Translations under genes and position numbers: made by a program
The notes under the pieces: generated by a model
Told to the model about the DNA's origin: nothing
The model's database searches: none
What the model saw: only the letters and a program-made list of their open reading frames with translations
In this document: piece after piece, positions 60,870 through 64,000 of the stretch
Layout: each line of letters opens with the position of its first letter
Position numbering within the stretch: the stretch's first letter is position 1
Source: an uncultured Bacilli bacterium
Lineage (GTDB): Bacteria > Bacillota_I > Bacilli_A > RF39 > UBA660
Length of the DNA: 64,000 nucleotides
Direction: 5' to 3'
NCBI GenBank assembly: GCA_947625625.1
Contig: CANQPC010000003.1
Location: 1,278-65,277, forward strand

Positions 60870-61949
60870 ATGAGTAAATATGTGAAAGTGATGTTTGGAA
60901 ACAAAGGTGCTAATTTTGAATATAAGATAGATGATGTAAATATTGCAACTGAATGGAGTCCAAAAGCTGATAATGGTAGAGATTTTGGAGGATTTAATTA
61001 CACAACTGAAGATTGTATATTAAGATGGTTACATCGTGGTGATACAATTTATGATGTTGAAGTTCCAAATGATGCAGAAAATATTAAATTAGAAGGAGCA
61101 ACAACAATATATAGAGCAAATAAAATAATAGTTAGAAATCCTAGAAAAATAGATGATGATTTAGCACTTCATTTTTACAGAATATCTAATATACCTGAAA
61201 AATCTTATTATAAAGCATTGGGTGCTGTTGCAATAATGAATTATAAAAAAACGGCCCTCGAAATTCTAAGAGATAAGGTAAACAAAGATAACATAGACGA
61301 AGTATTAGAAGAGTGGAATGATTTTATAAGTCATGGTGGAAAGAATGATAGAAAAGATTGTAGTGAAACAGTTAATTTAATAGGTGAGCTATTAGAAGAA
61401 GTAAAATCAGATTTATTAATTAGTAGATTTGTTGATAAAGATCCTTATATTAAAAATATAACAAGTGATAGGGTAATTAATATAACTGGTGAATCTGGAA
61501 GTGGTAAATCATTTTATAGTAATAAATATATTAATGATGATAACTACATAGTTATAGATACTGATATTGTGTTTAGTGATAAGCCCTCTGACAATAAGGA
61601 AAGTTTAGAAGTGCGAGAATTATTTAAAAATAGAAATAAAGAAGATATGATAAATGATTTCGACAACTGCTACTTGCAAATATTAGATTATTTTAAAAAT
61701 AGAAATAAGACTATTGTTATTGATTCGGCTCAGTATAGAAATATTAAAGATTATTCGATATTGAAAGGACAAGTTATCGTAATGAGAACTAGCATAAAGA
61801 CTTGTTATGATAGATGTTTGAGTAGATGGAAAGAGACTACGAAAGATTATACGGAAGAGGAATTTAATAAGTATGCAAATAGAAAGAGTGCTATGTTTAA
61901 GTGGTATGAAAGTTTAAATAAGTTTATATTGGAATTAGATAAAAGATAA
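60870..61949 (+). CDS. Two-domain protein: unknown N-terminal domain fused to a P-loop nucleotide-kinase-like domain
   Basis: Walker A GESGSGKS at about aa 207, followed by DTD and a kinase-like lid region. I recognise no family for the first ~190 aa. Confidence 0.55.
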   Translation: MSKYVKVMFGNKGANFEYKIDDVNIATEWSPKADNGRDFGGFNYTTEDCILRWLHRGDTIYDVEVPNDAENIKLEGATTIYRANKIIVRNPRKIDDDLALHFYRISNIPEKSYYKALGAVAIMNYKKTALEILRDKVNKDNIDEVLEEWNDFISHGGKNDRKDCSETVNLIGELLEEVKSDLLISRFVDKDPYIKNITSDRVINITGESGSGKSFYSNKYINDDNYIVIDTDIVFSDKPSDNKESLEVRELFKNRNKEDMINDFDNCYLQILDYFKNRNKTIVIDSAQYRNIKDYSILKGQVIVMRTSIKTCYDRCLSRWKETTKDYTEEEFNKYANRKSAMFKWYESLNKFILELDKR

Positions 61950-62171
61950 TAATAGTAATATTGTAATTGATTAGAATATAGAATTAGTAAAAAGATAACT
62001 TGAAAATACTTTATAAATTTGCATGTTATATTAGACTTTAATTAGATAAATCGTGAATTATTTGAATATTATTTGAGTTGTTTGTAAAAAAAATGAACTG
62101 GGAAAGAAATTGTTTATTGGCTATTGAGGCATTTATAAATGTGTTGTTATTTTGTTTAGAGGTGGTTAATT

Positions 62172-63767
62172 GTGGCAAAAGTAGTTAAAAAGAAAGAAAA
62201 AATTTTGAAATCGAAATTTTTCTTAAAATTATTTGGAATTCCATCAATTTGTATATCAATATTAGGAATTCTTGGAATGTTTCTACCTGATGAATCTAAT
62301 AATGAACCTGCAAATTGGACTGAATTTTTTGTAGGAATGTTAATTGTTTTAATTTTTTGGTTTGTTATTTCTTTTGTTATATCGTTAATTGTCAATAAAA
62401 TTAAAAAAAGTAATTCTAAAATAAGGACAACAAAAGAAATTCAATATATGACTAAATTAGAAGAAAAAGCTACGGTTAAGACAGAAAGTTCAAAAAAGGG
62501 GGCAAAGAAAAAAGAAAATAATAGATGTTTATATACATGTGAAAGTATAATTGATGCTTTTGAATATAAAAAAATGTCTAAGTATTTTCCGCAAATATAT
62601 TGGACTTATGTAATTTGGGGAACATTATTAAATTTGATAATTACCTCAATAATAGCAATTTTCTCTAGAAATTTAGTTATTACATTAATATTTTTGGTGG
62701 TATATCAAATATTTTTAATGATATTATATAAAGTTAGATTAGAACATTTTGCTGAAAAATATTTTTATTTGATGCAGAAGAAAGAAATATTTGATATGGA
62801 AATTCATATTGAATTTTATGATGATTATCTTTTGAGACAGAGTGAAAAAATAACTATAAAGGTTAATTACAATGATATAGAGCGCTGTATTGAAACTGAT
62901 ACAAACTTTTACTTAAAGATGTCTAAGGAGAATAGAATAATAATTATTCAAAAAAATTCATGTGATTTGGAACTGATAAATTTTATAAGGGAAAAATTTA
63001 ATAATTTAGAAAATTGTCTTGGCGATAAATCTAATTTTAAAGGCGTAAGAAAATATCATAATCCTAATTTTATTAAAAAATTTATGATTATACTGTTTAT
63101 CATAACTATATGTAGTTTATGGGGATCATTATGGTCGATGTCTTTAGCTGATAAGATTAATCCTCAACATGGGTTTAATTTTATTAAAAATACTTGGGTT
63201 TTCTGGTGTTGGTTACCAGTTCCATTATTGTCAGTGATTCTTGGTTTTAAATATAAGAAGGCTGGATTTAAGTGTACTAAAAATATTGTTGGAGGATTTA
63301 TAATTGGCTTCTTATTATTAATATATGGTTCATTTTGTTTATTTCCAACTTTCTCACAAGACTATAGAAAAATAGATGCTTATAGAAATATAATCGACGT
63401 GAGTCTTCCAGATAATGGTAATCTTGAAATTCAAGATTGGGGAACTTATTTTGATGAAGATAAAACTGATTATATGATAATGAATGTTTATTATGATAAG
63501 GTAGATGTAAGTGATTTGGTAGATAGTATTGAAAATAATAGTAATTGGGTTTTAAGTAGAGAAATAAATTCGGAATTAAAAGTTTTAATTCCATTAGAAT
63601 TTAGGGCTGATGATAATACTTACTATTCGATTTATAATAAGACTATTGATGAATATAATACTTTGCCTGAAATATCTGGTAATTATGAAATATATGTAAT
63701 GAAATATGATAAATCAGATAAACATCTAGAAATGCATAAATTTAATTATTTATATGAAAATAATTAA
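62172..63767 (+). CDS. Polytopic membrane protein with a YcxB-like (bPH) module
   Basis: GTG start after GAGGTGG. A TM pair is followed by IHIEFYDDYLLRQSE..NFYLKMSKENRIIIIQK, which is typical of YcxB-like domains. More TM helices and a soluble tail follow. Confidence 0.5.
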   Translation: MAKVVKKKEKILKSKFFLKLFGIPSICISILGILGMFLPDESNNEPANWTEFFVGMLIVLIFWFVISFVISLIVNKIKKSNSKIRTTKEIQYMTKLEEKATVKTESSKKGAKKKENNRCLYTCESIIDAFEYKKMSKYFPQIYWTYVIWGTLLNLIITSIIAIFSRNLVITLIFLVVYQIFLMILYKVRLEHFAEKYFYLMQKKEIFDMEIHIEFYDDYLLRQSEKITIKVNYNDIERCIETDTNFYLKMSKENRIIIIQKNSCDLELINFIREKFNNLENCLGDKSNFKGVRKYHNPNFIKKFMIILFIITICSLWGSLWSMSLADKINPQHGFNFIKNTWVFWCWLPVPLLSVILGFKYKKAGFKCTKNIVGGFIIGFLLLIYGSFCLFPTFSQDYRKIDAYRNIIDVSLPDNGNLEIQDWGTYFDEDKTDYMIMNVYYDKVDVSDLVDSIENNSNWVLSREINSELKVLIPLEFRADDNTYYSIYNKTIDEYNTLPEISGNYEIYVMKYDKSDKHLEMHKFNYLYENN

Positions 63768-64000
63768 TTTGTTTGATGGATGACTTTACATATTATTATT
63801 AAAAAAATAGTATGGATTATTTGAACTATTATGGAAAATTTAAGTTATAAAAGTAATAAGAAACTTTAGTTTAAGCTGACTACATAAATTTGATAAAAAA
63901 ACAGTCTTTGTAAGACTGATGTTGTTTCAAAATGGAAGTGTATAAAGAAAAAATTTATAACTCCATTATTTAAGTTAAAAATAATTAATCTATAAATTTT

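Noticed and set aside
63890-63930. Hairpin CAGTCTT/AAGACTG with a preceding A7 run near the window end
   Set aside because: It is probably the terminator of a minus-strand gene lying beyond the window, which cannot be assigned from the visible sequence.

Overview
The window is the replication-origin region of a very AT-rich (about 70% A+T by eye) endospore-forming Firmicute chromosome. Nearly all genes lie on the + strand, as expected downstream of oriC. The order is: a truncated HerA-like ATPase, DnaA-box cluster, dnaA, a second DnaA-box/AT-rich cluster, dnaN, a ComK-family gene, recF, gyrB, gyrA. A 1.75-kb non-coding gap follows, then tadA, dnaX, ybaB, recR, bofA, holB, ricT, two methyltransferases, pth, mfd and spoVT. 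Next come an HD-domain/unknown gene pair, a Met T-box leader with dut-metG, tatD, a 3D-domain protein, spoIID, an M23 peptidase, spoIIID and mbl. A minus-strand T-box controls a type-2 aspS plus a transglutaminase-like gene. After that come rpiB, dusB, lysS, clpC, ychF, pepF, prfB (with the classic +1 frameshift), two YitT genes, ftsEX, a Y-family polymerase, tex and two uncharacterised genes. No tRNA, rRNA, CRISPR or transposase was seen. The main result is the gyrA-tadA gap (10192-11955). It holds six copies of the 16-mer TATTTCCCGGGAAATA, which is the published Bacillus Noc-binding site (NBS), inside a ~340-bp tandem repeat. Directly next to it are eight copies of TGTTNCACGTGRAACA, the ParB/Spo0J parS site, within 742 bp, inside a ~249-bp tandem repeat. 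That second repeat also carries a short SRP RNA and a diverged SRP-like paralogue. Three more NBS copies sit in-frame in dnaX (two) and in the recF tail (one), each encoding IISREI. This dense two-motif, centromere-like locus next to oriC is the most unusual structure in the window. Its function is inferred from motif identity only.
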